Source of the DNA: Antechinus flavipes
Lineage: Eukaryota
DNA: 64,000 nt
Assembly: GCF_016432865.1 (NCBI RefSeq)
Contig: NC_067401.1
Span: forward strand, 102,672,001-102,736,000
Direction of reading: 5' to 3'
The number at the start of each line of letters is the position of its first letter. The stretch's first letter is position 1. Position numbers and translations under genes: made by a program. Below are positions 1-11,519 of the stretch, piece by piece. The notes below the pieces were generated by a model. It saw nothing but the letters and a program-made list of their open reading frames with translations. It had not been told where the DNA came from and did no database searches.

Positions 1-24
1 TAAGTGACTTTAAGTATTTAAAGG

Positions 25-327
25 ACTGCATATGAAGAAGAAATCGGATTTATTCTGACTGGGCCATGGAAGCACAGATAGGAGCAATTGGGCACATATA
101 ACAAAAAAGCCAATACTAGGGGACAACAAAAACAAAAACCTTCTCAACAGTGAGAACTGTCAAATGTAAAATGGAATGCTTCCAGAGGTGGTGTGTTCTC
201 CCTCAGTGAAAGTCTTCAAACAAAGGCTGACCACTTGTCAAGTACGTCATGGAAAGAGGTTCCTTTTCTTGTTCAGATTAAACTACATGGCAGCTAAGGT
301 TCCTCCCAACTCACAGATTCTGTGATT
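25..327 (+). mobile_element. L3/CR1 LINE 3' end, old
   Basis: Typical L3 3' end motifs: 'ctccctcagtgaaagtcttcaaacaaaggctgaccacttg' and terminal 'aaggttcctcccaactcacagattctgtgatt'. Confidence 0.75.
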
Positions 328-794
328 TGTGGTGGAGGGGACGGGAAAAATTGCTTCAGCTTGACTAATGAGCAAAAGCCACTGTCATTTTTTTGTTCTC
401 AAATTCCAATGTTTGAAAAACATTAGGGAAAGGACTACTGTTTTCACTCAGGCTTTTGTTTATTTTCTCTGCAAATGCTACTTTGTTTTATAAACAGAAG
501 GAGGGGAACACTGAGCCCTGCGGCTTCAGTGCATGGAAGGAGAGGGATGACCACAGCTGGGTTGACAGGACAAAGGAGGCCCTGTTGTCTCTTCATGATT
601 CACCAAGCCAGAAAAAAAGGGAAGCCAATCCTGACTGAGAATTAGGACCTAGACAACTGGGGTTTCTTCCATCCCTTATGTAACTTGCTTATTTTCATCT
701 CTTAAAGTCAATTTTTTAGAATTTTTTTATTAGAAACAAAAATATATAATGTATTTTTTCCATATATTTTGTCTTAATCATAAAGTATGTGTAG

Positions 795-945
795 TCTAAG
801 GATATAAGAACTAGATTTTGTTTGCTTTTACCACCTGTATGATCTTAAGCAAGTAATTTTACTCTTTTGGCTTCAGTTTCCTCAACTGTAAAATTGAGAA
901 CTAAATGATTTCTAATGTCCCTTCCAGCTACAAGACTATGAACTT
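795..945 (+). mobile_element. MIR/MIR3 SINE fragment
   Basis: CORE motif 'cttcagtttcctcaactgtaaaat' followed by an L3-like tail 'gtcccttccagctacaagactatga'. Confidence 0.65.
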
Positions 946-959
946 ATGTTGTTTTTCTT

Positions 960-1460
960 ATAGCATCAAACAATAAGCGTTTATTATGCATCTCCTATAT
1001 ATTCGGCACTGTTTCCACTTTTGTCCCTTCCCTCTAAGAGTTTGCAGTCTAGCAAGGAGAGATATATACATATATAAGAATATATAAAATAGACTTAAGT
1101 TGGTTTTGAAGGGAAGGATATAGCTTTGGGGCCATTATCACTTATATAAACAATACAACTTGAACTGAGGTTGGAAGGATTCTGGGAGATAGTATGAATG
1201 GGGTACATTTCAAACATGGAGAAGAGCCAGTATGAAGACACAAAGATGAGAAATAATTTGTCATGTATGACAATCAACAAGCAAACCAATTTGACTGGAT
1301 CACATTGTACATAGAGAGGAAGTAATGTAGAATAAGGATAGAAAGGTAGATGGATACTGGCTTGTGATAGATTTTAAATGTCAAAACAGAGAAGCTTATA
1401 TTTGATCTTGGTAATAATAGCCACTAAAATGTTTATTGAGTCAGATTTATGCTTTAGGAA
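960..1460 (-). mobile_element. L2 LINE 3' region
   Basis: Reverse-complement L2 tail 'caataagcgtttattatgcatctcctat...ccctctaagagtttgcagtctag' plus purine-rich L2 body. Confidence 0.65.
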
Positions 1461-1719
1461 AATAATGTTACTACCTTCATTTCAGAGCCTTCTTATTTTG
1501 ACACATACTGGCTCTGTGATCATGGAAAAGTCAATTAAACTCTGAGAGCCCACGGAACTCTTTAAGACTCTAATTCACAGATGGGTAGTCAAGTCATAAT
1601 AGTGAAGGGAATTTCCATGCTGAGAGTTCTTCACACTGATTAAATCATAACACTCTTTCTTCAATGAAAAAAAAAAGCTTCTCTAAAATCATATTCTATC
1701 TCCTAGCTACTTCCATACA

Positions 1720-2030
1720 AACTGCATAACTCTGTCCATCATCTTCCTCCCTCTCTTACCAGAATTTTATACTCTATTCTCGGAGCCCCTGGATTCTGAT
1801 AGGAGATTACTTTATCTTCTCTGTAACTTGACCTCCATGTTACTTCCAGGATCTCTTCACCCTATGTTCCTCCTTTTTTGGCTTCTCTCTATAAATTGTC
1901 TTCCTTCGTTAGAATGTAAGTAAATTCCTTAGAGCAGGGATTTTCTTGCTTATTTGTATTTATATCCACAGTGCTTAAAGTAGTGCCAAGCATATAGTAA
2001 ACCCTTAATAAATGTTCTATCTGTCTATCT
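1720..2030 (+). mobile_element. L2 LINE 3' end
   Basis: 'agaatgtaag...cttagagcaggga...gtgccaagcatatagtaaacccttaataaatg' L2 terminal motif. Confidence 0.7.
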
Positions 2031-2244
2031 ACCTGTGTCTCTCTAGTCATCATCTATTATTTGTCTGCCTGAAAAATCTATCTAAATCTGTCTGAATATC
2101 CATCCATCATTTATTATCTGTCTGTATGAATATATTTATATGTTTCTGTATGAATATATATCTATCCATCTATCTATAATCTAGTATCTGTCTGTCTGCA
2201 TATATATCTATATCTATATCTTTATCTTTCTGTCCAAGATATCT
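2030..2244. repeat. Degenerate (TATC/TCTG)n low-complexity tract
   Basis: Visible tatc/tctg iterations. Confidence 0.8.
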
Positions 2245-2345
2245 ATGTTGAAGAAAGAAATGGCAAATCACTCTAGTATCTTTCCCAAGAAAAACCCCAG
2301 ATGGGATCATGAAGAGTTTGACATGACTGAAACAATTGAACAAAT
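2245..2345 (+). mobile_element. Mar1 CORE-SINE 3' half
   Basis: 'gaaatggcaaatcactctagtatctttcccaagaaaaacccc...catgactgaaacaattgaac' RTE-derived Mar1 tail. Confidence 0.8.
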
Positions 2346-2474
2346 NNNNNNNNNNNNNNNNNNNNNNNNNNNNNNNNNNNNNNNNNNNNNNNNNNNNNNN
2401 NNNNNNNNNNNNNNNNNNNNNNNNNNNNNNNNNNNNNNNNNNNNNNNNNNNNNNNNNNNNNNNNNNNNNNNNNN
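2346..2474. other. Assembly gap (N run)
   Basis: Ns; further gaps at 19812-20208, 56758-56904, 57735-57885, 57896-58097. Confidence 1.
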
Positions 2475-3729
2475 CTGTGTGTCTCTATCTCTGTCTGTCT
2501 GTTTCTCTCTCTGTGTCTCTGTCTCTGTCTGTCTGTCTGTCTCTCTCTCTTTCTCTCATCTGTCTACAATGACGTATGGAGGCAATTCTGACTTCTTAAA
2601 AGCAATGCCAATGGAACATAACCTTAGGCAGCTCCCACCAGGCTAGAAAGTATTTGAGTACAGCCCTGGGGACAGAATATCCATCATCTAGTTAAATTCA
2701 AATAGGCTCATTTTCAGAGTTGTCCAGAGAAGGATGAATTTGACCGCAACAGCTTTCATAGACTGCTAAGACATAGAGAAGTTGTGATCTATGATGCTGC
2801 AAAGACAATCACACAGATTAATTCATAGCTCCTTGATACATTGAATTGTAGAAGACTTGTAACTAGAGCACTATATTCTCTCCCTAGAAATAGTGTTGTT
2901 GAAGACTTGTTTGAATTTTCTACTTCACTAATTTACCATTCCAATTTCCCTGAGTTTGGAGCTGGAACTAGATAGGAAAAAGGACAAGTTCTAGAATTTT
3001 AGAAAATTCAAATTCTGTTTCTGATGTTTCATATAGGCATGACTTTGGGTCAGTTCTCAGTTTCCTTTTTATAAAATGAAGGAGTTGGTATAGCTAACCT
3101 TTGAAGTCTCTTTTAGATTTAAAGCAGTGATCCCATGATTAAAGATGCTTATGTTAAAAAATGGCAAGCTGATTTCTTTAGTTCTTCGGAGAACTAAACA
3201 GTTTTGAGCTAAAACAAATCTAAATTTAATTTTCCCACAAAGAAAAGAAAAGGAAAGAGCCAGTGAATGACAGCATATTATAAGAACAGGGTGGAAGTTT
3301 CCTGAAGAAGACCCAAAGCTGACAAGCTATCTGACTTTCACTGCTGTGCTGGCAGCTGCAGGCAAAGAGGGAATTGGCCTATGCAATAGCCAGTTGGATT
3401 TCCATATGTGAACCAAACTCACACTTGCTCGTTGTGATATGATCTTGGGGGATCCTGGCATGAATCATTGCTCCATGTGGGAAATCAAAGAGAATTTACG
3501 AAAAATCAGAATCATTCTGCCCAGTAAAGCAGAGTAGGAGTCAGGTCAAGCACTAAACTAGAAATTAGGGATCTTGAAGCTTGACTTCAGAGTTTTCCTA
3601 CCAACTTACTCTGAAGTCTTTGGAAAGTCACAAGTTCCAGTTCTGCCAGATATATGTTCAAGAGCAAATTATTTTTCCAGATCTTACTCTTCTTATCTGC
3701 AAAATGAAGTTACAGAAATAGCAAGAATG

Positions 3730-4025
3730 TGTGATGTTCAATTGTGATAGATGCAGCTTTTCTCAGCAATACAGTGACAATTCCAATATTCCAATATTTT
3801 GTTTTTCTTTTGGTTTTTCCTTTTTGGTTCTGATTTTTCTTTCCCAACATGACTAACATGAAAGTATGTTTAGAATGGTTGTGCATGTAGTAACCTATAT
3901 CAGATTGTTTGCGGTTTGGAGGAGGGAGGAGCAAAGAGAGGGACAGAGAAAAAAATTTGGAATTCAAAATCTTGCAAAAATTGAATGTTGAAACTATCTT
4001 TACATGTAATTATAAAAAGAAAATA
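3730..4025 (+). mobile_element. L1 3' UTR fragment
   Basis: G-rich tract then 'aatgttgaaactatctttacatgtaatt' and A-rich tail, as in marsupial L1 3' ends. Confidence 0.75.
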
Positions 4026-4134
4026 TCTTTTTTAAATGAGGAATCACATCATTTTAGAGTTCAAAGGGACTTCAGTAATCATGTAGTCTACCTCATTTTC
4101 TAAAGGAATCCCCATTATTATAAATCCTCTAGTA

Positions 4135-4375
4135 GTCATGTTGTTGTTCAGTTGTGCCCAACTCCTAATGACCCTTTTTAGGGTTTTCTTGGCATAGATA
4201 CTGGAACAATTTGCCATTTCCTTCTCCAGCTCATTTCATAGATGAGGAAAACGGAGTCAAACAGGGGTAAGTGACTTGCACAGGGTCACACAGTAAGTAT
4301 CTGAAATTGTATTTGAACTTAGGAGGATGAGTCTTTCTGATTCCCAGCCCAGTGCTCTATCCACTGTACTAATTG
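4135..4375 (-). mobile_element. Mar1 CORE-SINE
   Basis: 'gttgttgttcagttgtgcccaactc...ttttcttggcatagatactgga...gtgctctatccactgta' (reverse complement of full Mar1). Confidence 0.85.
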
Positions 4376-4379
4376 TCAT

Positions 4380-6130
4380 ACAAACTCTGAAAAGCTTAGA
4401 GAAAATATAACAGAGCTACAATCAGGATTATACAAGATTTCGCAGCTTTTACTTTAAAGGACCAGAGGGCTTGAGATATGATATTCCAAAGAGCAATGGA
4501 GGTAGGATTGCAACCAAGAATCATCTACCCAGCAAAACTGAGTATAATCCTTCAGAAGAAAAGTTGGTCATTCAATGATACAGAATATTTTCAAGCATTC
4601 ATGATAAAAAGGCCAGGACTGAATGGAAAATTTGATTGTCAAATATAGGATTCTGGAAAAGCATAAAGAAGTACTTAGGAAAGTGATGTCACAAGGAACT
4701 TAATAAGATTTATATGTTTATATTCCTACATGGACTGATGATACTTGTAACTCATTAGAACTTTCTCATTATTATGGCAGTTAGAAATGTTATATATAGA
4801 CAGAGGTCACAGGTGTGAGTTGAATATAAAGGGATAATTTTTTTAAATGAAATTAAGACAGAAAGAGGAATGTACTAGAAGAAAAGGAAAGGGAAAATGG
4901 AATGGTGCAAATCATCTGTCATAAAAAAGAGAGGCAAAAAAACTTTTACAATGGAGGAGAAGGGAGGAAGAGAGGCAAAATGGGTGAACTTTACTTTCAT
5001 CAAAATTGGCTCAAATAGGAAATAACATAAATATTCAATAGTGTATACAAATCTTTCTTACCTTACAGGAAAATAAGAGGAAATGGGAGTTGGGAAGAGG
5101 GAGAGAGTGATAAAAGAGTGGGCATATTGGACAAGGGAGTGGTCAGTACCAAAAAACTTTTGAGGAGGGACAGGGTAAAAGGAAAGAGAATAAAGGGGGG
5201 GGGAGGGAAAAATACAATTAGCAATAGTAATTGTAAAAAATTTTTTGAAGCAAGTTTCTCTGATAAGGCCTTATTTCTTAAACTTAGAGGGAACTTAGTT
5301 CAATTTATAAAAAATAAGAGCCATGCCCCAATTGATAAATAATCAAAAGAAATGACCTATCCCCAAAGGGCTGTAAATTCATGCATATCCTTTGACCTAA
5401 CAATATCACTACTAGACATTAATACTAAAAGAGATTTTGGGGGAAAAAAGGCAAATAATCTATATGTAAAAAAAAATATTTCATTGCAGCTCTCTTCTCA
5501 GGGCAAAAAAAAAAAAAAAAAAAAAAGACATTGAGGAAATGCCCATCAATTGGGGAATGGCTCAATAAACTGCAGTATGTGTTTGTGATGGAATATTTTG
5601 TTTTTTCAGAAATGATGAGCAAGATGCTCTCAAAAAAAACTTAGAAAGAATATTTTATAATATATAATCACTGAACAAAGTGAATTACGTTGTATACAAA
5701 ATAATAGCAGTGTTCTGTGATAACTTCTATAAATGACTTTGCTAGTCTCAGTAGTAATAGTAGTAGTATTCTCATCCACAACTACTCTGAAGGAATTATG
5801 ATAAAAAATTTTATCCATATCCAGAGAAGGAACTGATTGTGTCTGAATACAGATTGAAGTATTCTCTCTTTCTCTTTCTATTTCTCTCTTCCTTTTTAAC
5901 TTAATTTATCTTTAGGGTTTTTATTTTTATTAGAATGGGAGATCTATTTTCTTTCACAACTGGACTTTTATGGAAATGTTTTGTGTAACTTCACATGTGA
6001 TTTCTTAATTGTGGGTGGAGATAAGGAAGAGAAACTAGAATTCAAAAATCTTTTTTTAAAAAATGTAAAAATATGTTTTGAATGTAACTGGGAGAAAGTA
6101 TTAAATAAATAAATAAATAAGTTGAAAATT
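4380..6130 (+). mobile_element. Internally deleted L1 (ORF1 C-terminus + spacer + ORF2 C-terminus + 3' UTR), HAL1-like
   Basis: 4420-4680 encodes decayed ORF1 C-term ('ttgcaaccaagaatcatctacccagcaaaactgag' = LQPRIIYPAKL); 5245-5345 encodes FSDKALF...KNKSHAPIDK of distal ORF2; 3' UTR and A tail to about 6130. Confidence 0.8.
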
Positions 6131-6149
6131 AAAAAAAAATTAGAGGAGG

Positions 6150-7040
6150 AGTAAACTACTATGTCCCAAGGCAGCCAATTCCACTTATGAATGACTGTAA
6201 TTGTGGAGACAGCCTTCCTGACATCAAGCCTAAACTTGTCTTGGCACTTCCAATCATTGCTCCAGTTACAACCCTGGGGGCCAAACAGAATATGTCTAAA
6301 ACTCTCTTCCACATGACAGCCTTGGAAACACTTGAATCTGGCTGCCTCATTTGCAGAATATTCTCCATTTTTGGTTAAAGATCCTTAGTTCTTTCAACTG
6401 ATCTGCATCTAATGTGGAGTTAAGGCTTTTCACTCTCACTATTGCCCTTCTCTGGATGCTACCCATTCTATCAAAGTCCTTCCTAGATTATGGTTCCCAG
6501 AACTCAGCATGGCACTCCAGATGTAATCTTGTAATGCCTCAGTTTCCCTGAATTATTCTGCCTCAGTTTCTATGGTGGCAACCCCTGCTTCTTGATCATT
6601 AGGACTGAGATAATTAGGGCTGTGGAGCTCTGGCCACTCTAATATTCCAAAGAGTCATAAAACTCCAGATGGCTTATCTCAAATACTTGGGTATCTTTCC
6701 TGGCCCAGACTTCACTCCCAACTTATCAGAATTTATGATCCTTCCTGGAATTTCCACTCACCCAGTACTCTGCCCCACCTTGCCTTTGTTTCCCTGATCT
6801 CTGGAGCCCTATAAAAGTCTCTGGAATTACTTGCTCATGGCTGGATATTTTGAGACAAGCATCCCATTCAGCCAACTGGGGGATCGGACATGGATCCTGT
6901 TCAGCCATCAATCCAAATTCTCCATTATTAAAATATTAAAAACCTCTAATCTCTGTTTTGTCTCAGTTTCTCCGGCATTATATTCTGACTCAGACAGGGG
7001 ACAAAGAGACAATCATTTCCTATTCCTGCTTGCTCTGGTT
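6150..7040 (-). mobile_element. L3/CR1 fragment split by the solo LTR
   Basis: 'aggcagccaattccactt', 'cttggaaacacttgaat', 'ccagatgtaatct' before the LTR and 'gactcagacag' after it join into continuous L3 sequence. Confidence 0.65.
6530..6982 (+). mobile_element. Solo LTR (ERV1-type)
   Basis: Ends TGTAATGCC...GGCATTATA (9-bp inverted repeat, 1 mismatch); TATAAAA at 6810; ATTAAA at 6927 and 6935; 4-bp TSD atct/ttct. Confidence 0.85.
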
Positions 7041-7124
7041 TTCTTGGTGAAAACTATTTATCACTAAACAATGCACTTGTCTGACACCCAAGGTACATGG
7101 GACAATCTACACCAGCAAAATACC

Positions 7125-7350
7125 TAATAATAACAGCATTTATGTAGAACTTTAAGATTTGAAAATCACTTTATATACGTCATTTTGTTTGTGCCTCATA
7201 ATAATCCTGTGCTGTTATTATCCCCTTTTTACAAATGAGGAAACTGAAGCAGAGAGAGATTAAATGACTTGCCAGAGTCACACAGCTAAGTACTTGAGGA
7301 AATATTTGAACTCGGGTCTTTCAGACTATTAAGTTTAGCACTTGATGTGC
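7125..7350 (-). mobile_element. MIR SINE
   Basis: 'tttacaaatgaggaaactgaagcagagagagattaaatgacttgcc' reverse CORE. Confidence 0.8.
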
Positions 7351-7814
7351 TACGCTATGCCAGTCTTTTAATTGAAGTTCAGGTATAAGTCTTTACTTAC
7401 TTATACCACTGCTTGGTATGTGCTAGCAAGGATACCTTATAGAAACATGTATACAAGAGTACATAATCACCTTGATTCCAGAATTCCCAAACACTAGAGA
7501 ACAGCAGAGGAACCAGTCACTACATCAACCAGAAACTAGAGATTTTCCAAGAAATGTCTAAATGCTCCATTGGGAGGACCAATGGACACATTGTCCTATC
7601 TCTTGGTGATATATTACAGTTTTCAGCAGCACCCCAGTCTGGTTTACAGTTTGCTGCCACAAGGAAATTTTTTCTAGCTCTGGTACACTTTGGGAATCTC
7701 CTGCCCAAGTTGAAGAATAGCATAAAGGGGTTGGTAAATATGTAGTTGTGATTCAATTTCTAATAGCATGAGTCATCAGAAATTACAATTTAGCCTCAGT
7801 ATTACAAAATCATC

Positions 7815-7982
7815 TGTTATCAGTTTTTTAGTCGTGTCCAATTCTTTGTTACCCCATTTGGAGTTTCCTCATCTGTAAAATAAGCTGTAGAAGAAGATGG
7901 CAAAACACTCCAATACCTTTGCCAAGAAAACTCCAAATGAGATCACAAAAACTTGGACATGACTGAACCACACCAACAATTG
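7815..7982. mobile_element. Head-to-head Mar1 fragments (minus tail 7815-7866; plus CORE-to-tail 7861-7982)
   Basis: 37-bp arms 7830-7866 and 7928-7964 are inverted repeats (31/37 identical). Confidence 0.75.
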
Positions 7983-7989
7983 TTGGGAA

Positions 7990-8200
7990 AGTTTTACTTA
8001 CATCCAACTAAACTTTAATTCTCTGTAACTTCCACCCTGTTCCTAGTATCTGGGGACAAAAAGAGCAAATGGAATTCTTCTTCCACGTAACAATCCTGCA
8101 AATACTTGAACTCGGCTAGCATGACCCATACTTCAGCCTTCTCTTCTACAAACCAAACAAACCAGGTTCCTTCAATTGACATTACGTTGAGACCTTTCAC
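7990..8200 (-). mobile_element. L3/CR1 fragment
   Basis: 'aacttccaccctgttcctagtatctggggacaaaaagagcaaat...cttcagccttctcttctacaaaccaaac'. Confidence 0.7.
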
Positions 8201-8889
8201 AAGTAGTTTTCACTAGGGAAAAGAGAGTATTGTGATAAAGGTGGGGGAGAGAAGAGTGAGGGGGAAGGGGAGAAAAAAGGATATGTGCTTGGAAGCAGTA
8301 CGAGAGTAAATTTGTCTGGTTGTGTTACCAGGATCCAGGATTATCCCTTTCCTCCTGGCACTCTGAAGGGATTAGTGTGGGAGGAAAAGAGGGGTAAAAA
8401 ATTGAAGGAATAGTTTCAGCAATCACCACTGCTCATTTGAAAAATAGCCAAATAGCAGATAGAGGTGTATAAGCAATTCTTCATTGTCACTGGAGCAGAT
8501 TGTAAGTTGTATGGATACATCAGGAACAAGATAGTCAGGGACCATATGACAGAGGCAGGTATCCTAGACTATAAGAGAGTTGCTGTTACCATTGTGTAGT
8601 CTCAGCTGTTTTGGGGACTGAATTTGGGATAGCAGACAATAGCATTTAGATCTTCCTACTCCTGACCCAGGGCTCTATGCATTGAACCACACAGCTACCA
8701 ACTACTAGCAGGTATTGGAGAAATAATTGACAACAAGAAGATAGAGGTGACTGATGGTCAGAGGTAACTGGAAAAGGAATAGCTACAGAAAAGAAAACAA
8801 TTGACAATACTGTGAATGTGGGAAACATTCTTTCAGCACAAAGCACTGTTCAAACATATTGAAATAAACTCTGGATATATGGAAAAAAT

Positions 8890-9046
8890 ATCAATGTTTT
8901 TTAAACATGTATGGGTCTACCTGCTATCTAGAGGAGAAGGTGGGGGGAAAGAGGGGAAAGTTGGACCAGAAGGTTTTGCATGGGTCAATGTTGAAAAATT
9001 ACCCATGCATTTATCTTGTAAATAAAAAGCTATAATTAAAAAAAAG
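8890..9046 (+). mobile_element. L1 3' end
   Basis: 'gggtcaatgttgaaaaattacccatgcatttatcttgtaaataaaaagctataattaaaaaaaag'. Confidence 0.85.
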
Positions 9047-9999
9047 AATTCCAATGTTTTCTTTGGTGCCTTATTCTAAGAGGAAGGAAAAAACATTGCA
9101 GTCTTTATTAGAGTTAAGATTATTTTTAAAATATAGGTTGGATTAGATAGTTACTGAAATATCTTCCAATTTTAGAATTCTGTGATTCCTATTTCCCCTT
9201 GGGGAAAAGCAAATAGTGATGTGGAAAAGACATGGTATTTGGATAGCTTTCTGAAATTGCTAATTACCCTCTGATGTGCAAGGAATATCAGAATATATTC
9301 TAGATTCTGGTAATTGGTACAGTGGGGCATAGTTGTAAGCAAGACCAGTACAGTACTCAGCCAGTGAGCTCATGTATGCCCTGGATGGTAATAGCAGTCC
9401 CAGTGGAGTCTGTGCTCAACAATAACAAATCTGACAGATACCATATTTCCAAACCCATGATCTTTGTACCAAAAAGTGCACTTTGGGGAGAGGCAAAGGG
9501 GAGGGCATAAACAGACTAAATACTCAACGTTTAAGCTCAGGAGCAATGAGGGGATCCATAGTATTTCCCAAATGGCAAATAACAAAAGTCTTTTCAATAC
9601 TTCTAATCACCAATAATCTAACAGATTTTAGGACTATTATTATCTTTACCTATTGTGCATGGAGTGGGAGGGGGTGAGAATTTGTTGCTTGACTTTGCTA
9701 TGGATACAAATTCTGAATTTTTCAAGCAAACCCAGATAGAATTTGAGACCTTAGAGCAAACACTGGGGCTAAACTGGCAGATAGGAAAGACTATGTCTGC
9801 CAAACTGGATCTTAGCCAAATGTCTGGCAAAAGTAATATCATAGTATTTGTATAGTGTTTATCTTCTTTCCGAGTACTTTCACAAATATCAATATCATTA
9901 AATTCTACTAGCCATAATGGATAGATTACTATCAGTTGATAAGAAATGGATTATGGCAGGGGTGATAGGCTTGGTCCTGAACAGGTATATGATAAATAA

Positions 10000-10250
10000 T
10001 AATAATAATAACAACAACTAACATTATCCAGTACTTTAAGATTTACAAAGCACTTGACAAATATTATCTCATTGTATTCTCAGAACAAAACTAAGAGGCA
10101 GGTGCTATATTATACTCATTTTGCAAATAAGGCAAATAGAATTTAAGTGACTTTCCCAGGGTCCCATAGCTAGTAAGTGTCTGAGACAAGATGTGACTTC
10201 AAGTCAAATCTTCTTGACTACTGATCTACTGTACTACTTAGCTGCCTCCA
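10000..10250 (-). mobile_element. MIR SINE
   Basis: 'aagtgactttcccagggtcccatagctagtaagtgtctgag' reverse CORE. Confidence 0.75.
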
Positions 10251-10689
10251 TTTATCTATCTGTATGTATGTATGTATGCATGTTTGACTAATGTGTTTGC
10301 AGAAGTGCTGACCTTGTCACCTGAATTTATCACCACTTTCTGGTTTCTCTTCAGAACTTCATAAAGATCAGATATTTTCCATGTTGGATAAGCTTCATGT
10401 TGTAGGGAAATGTGTTTAAATGTCCAATTTCCTCAGATCAAAATAGCTTCTATAATATGATTAGATTCACATCATGTAGAGAAATTAAATAAGAATATTA
10501 GATTTCTCCTGTATATCACAATATACAGATTAGAAGCTTGAAAATAATGAAAATTTCCATAAGCAAAATAAAAATTGCATCTCTTCTTCTCCTCATGTTT
10601 TTATCCCTATTCACAGCTAACCTGGTCCTTCATAGTCCCTATCCTTCTCTGCTTTCACATTCTAAAGCACTTTGGAACCTTTATCCTAT

Positions 10690-11200
10690 TGTTTTTAAAT
10701 TCTCTTACTTACTAGTGCTCTTTTTCTTATGAACAAAATAAAACATTTTCTTAATTCTTTTGTTTTTTAACCCACAGTTATAGCATGAATCTGAATCTCC
10801 TGCCCCCAGTAGAATCCCACCTTGTCACAAAGAAAAATAGTCTAGCAAAACCAACTGAGTGACCATTTGACAGTGTCTGCCCACCCATATCCCATTATCA
10901 ACACCAAGAGATGTTCTTTAAAATCTGTCTTTGATTATATTTTTTCATTCAGAATGTCTTCAAGATCTGAAACTCATATGATTTATCTTCTTCAGGGAGT
11001 TATGACATTCTTGTCTACCCTCCTTAGGCCTAGAGGCTTCATCTTTTATGTTTCTCAACATGCTGGGCCAGAAAGAAGAGGAAATATAATTGCTGATCCT
11101 TTAAGCATCTTTTAGATCATCCTTCTGTCATTATCACTTGGCAAGTCTTTTTATTTTCATTCTATTTGGCTAGATATCACGGGATTCAGATCTTTGTCTC
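10690..11200 (-). mobile_element. Old L1 3' UTR fragment
   Basis: Pyrimidine-rich sequence resembling old L1 3' UTR ('cttgtcacaaagaaaaatagtctagcaaaaccaac'); highly diverged. Confidence 0.45.
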
Positions 11201-11519
11201 TGTCATCTAGTCACTTCCAAGGCCTTTCCCTCTGCTCCTTAAGGATTTCAGTAAATGATTTGCAGGTTTCATCTCAACCGCAGTTCCTGCTCTCATACAT
11301 GCACCTTGCTGCTCACTCAAATACCCTGGCTTCCCAATTCATCAATATCCTTAATTTGTATTATCTAAATCTTCATTCCACCTCATCCATCTCTAAAAAT
11401 GGTCACATCTCAAGTATCACCATCTCTTATAAATGTGCTATTTCTTATTCCCACTGCTTAAATTTTTCCTCCCTATGATAACCTTCTAAACCTTTCATTT
11501 TTCTTCTTTTATGTGCCTT

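Noticed and set aside
456-638. 60-aa ORF with acceptor-like site at 497 and a small hairpin at 509-531
   Set aside because: No recognisable homology, no good donor, and the hairpin (9 bp with bulge) is within chance expectation
2245-2646. 133-aa and 78-aa ORFs
   Set aside because: Read through Mar1, an N gap and a CT/GT microsatellite; artefacts
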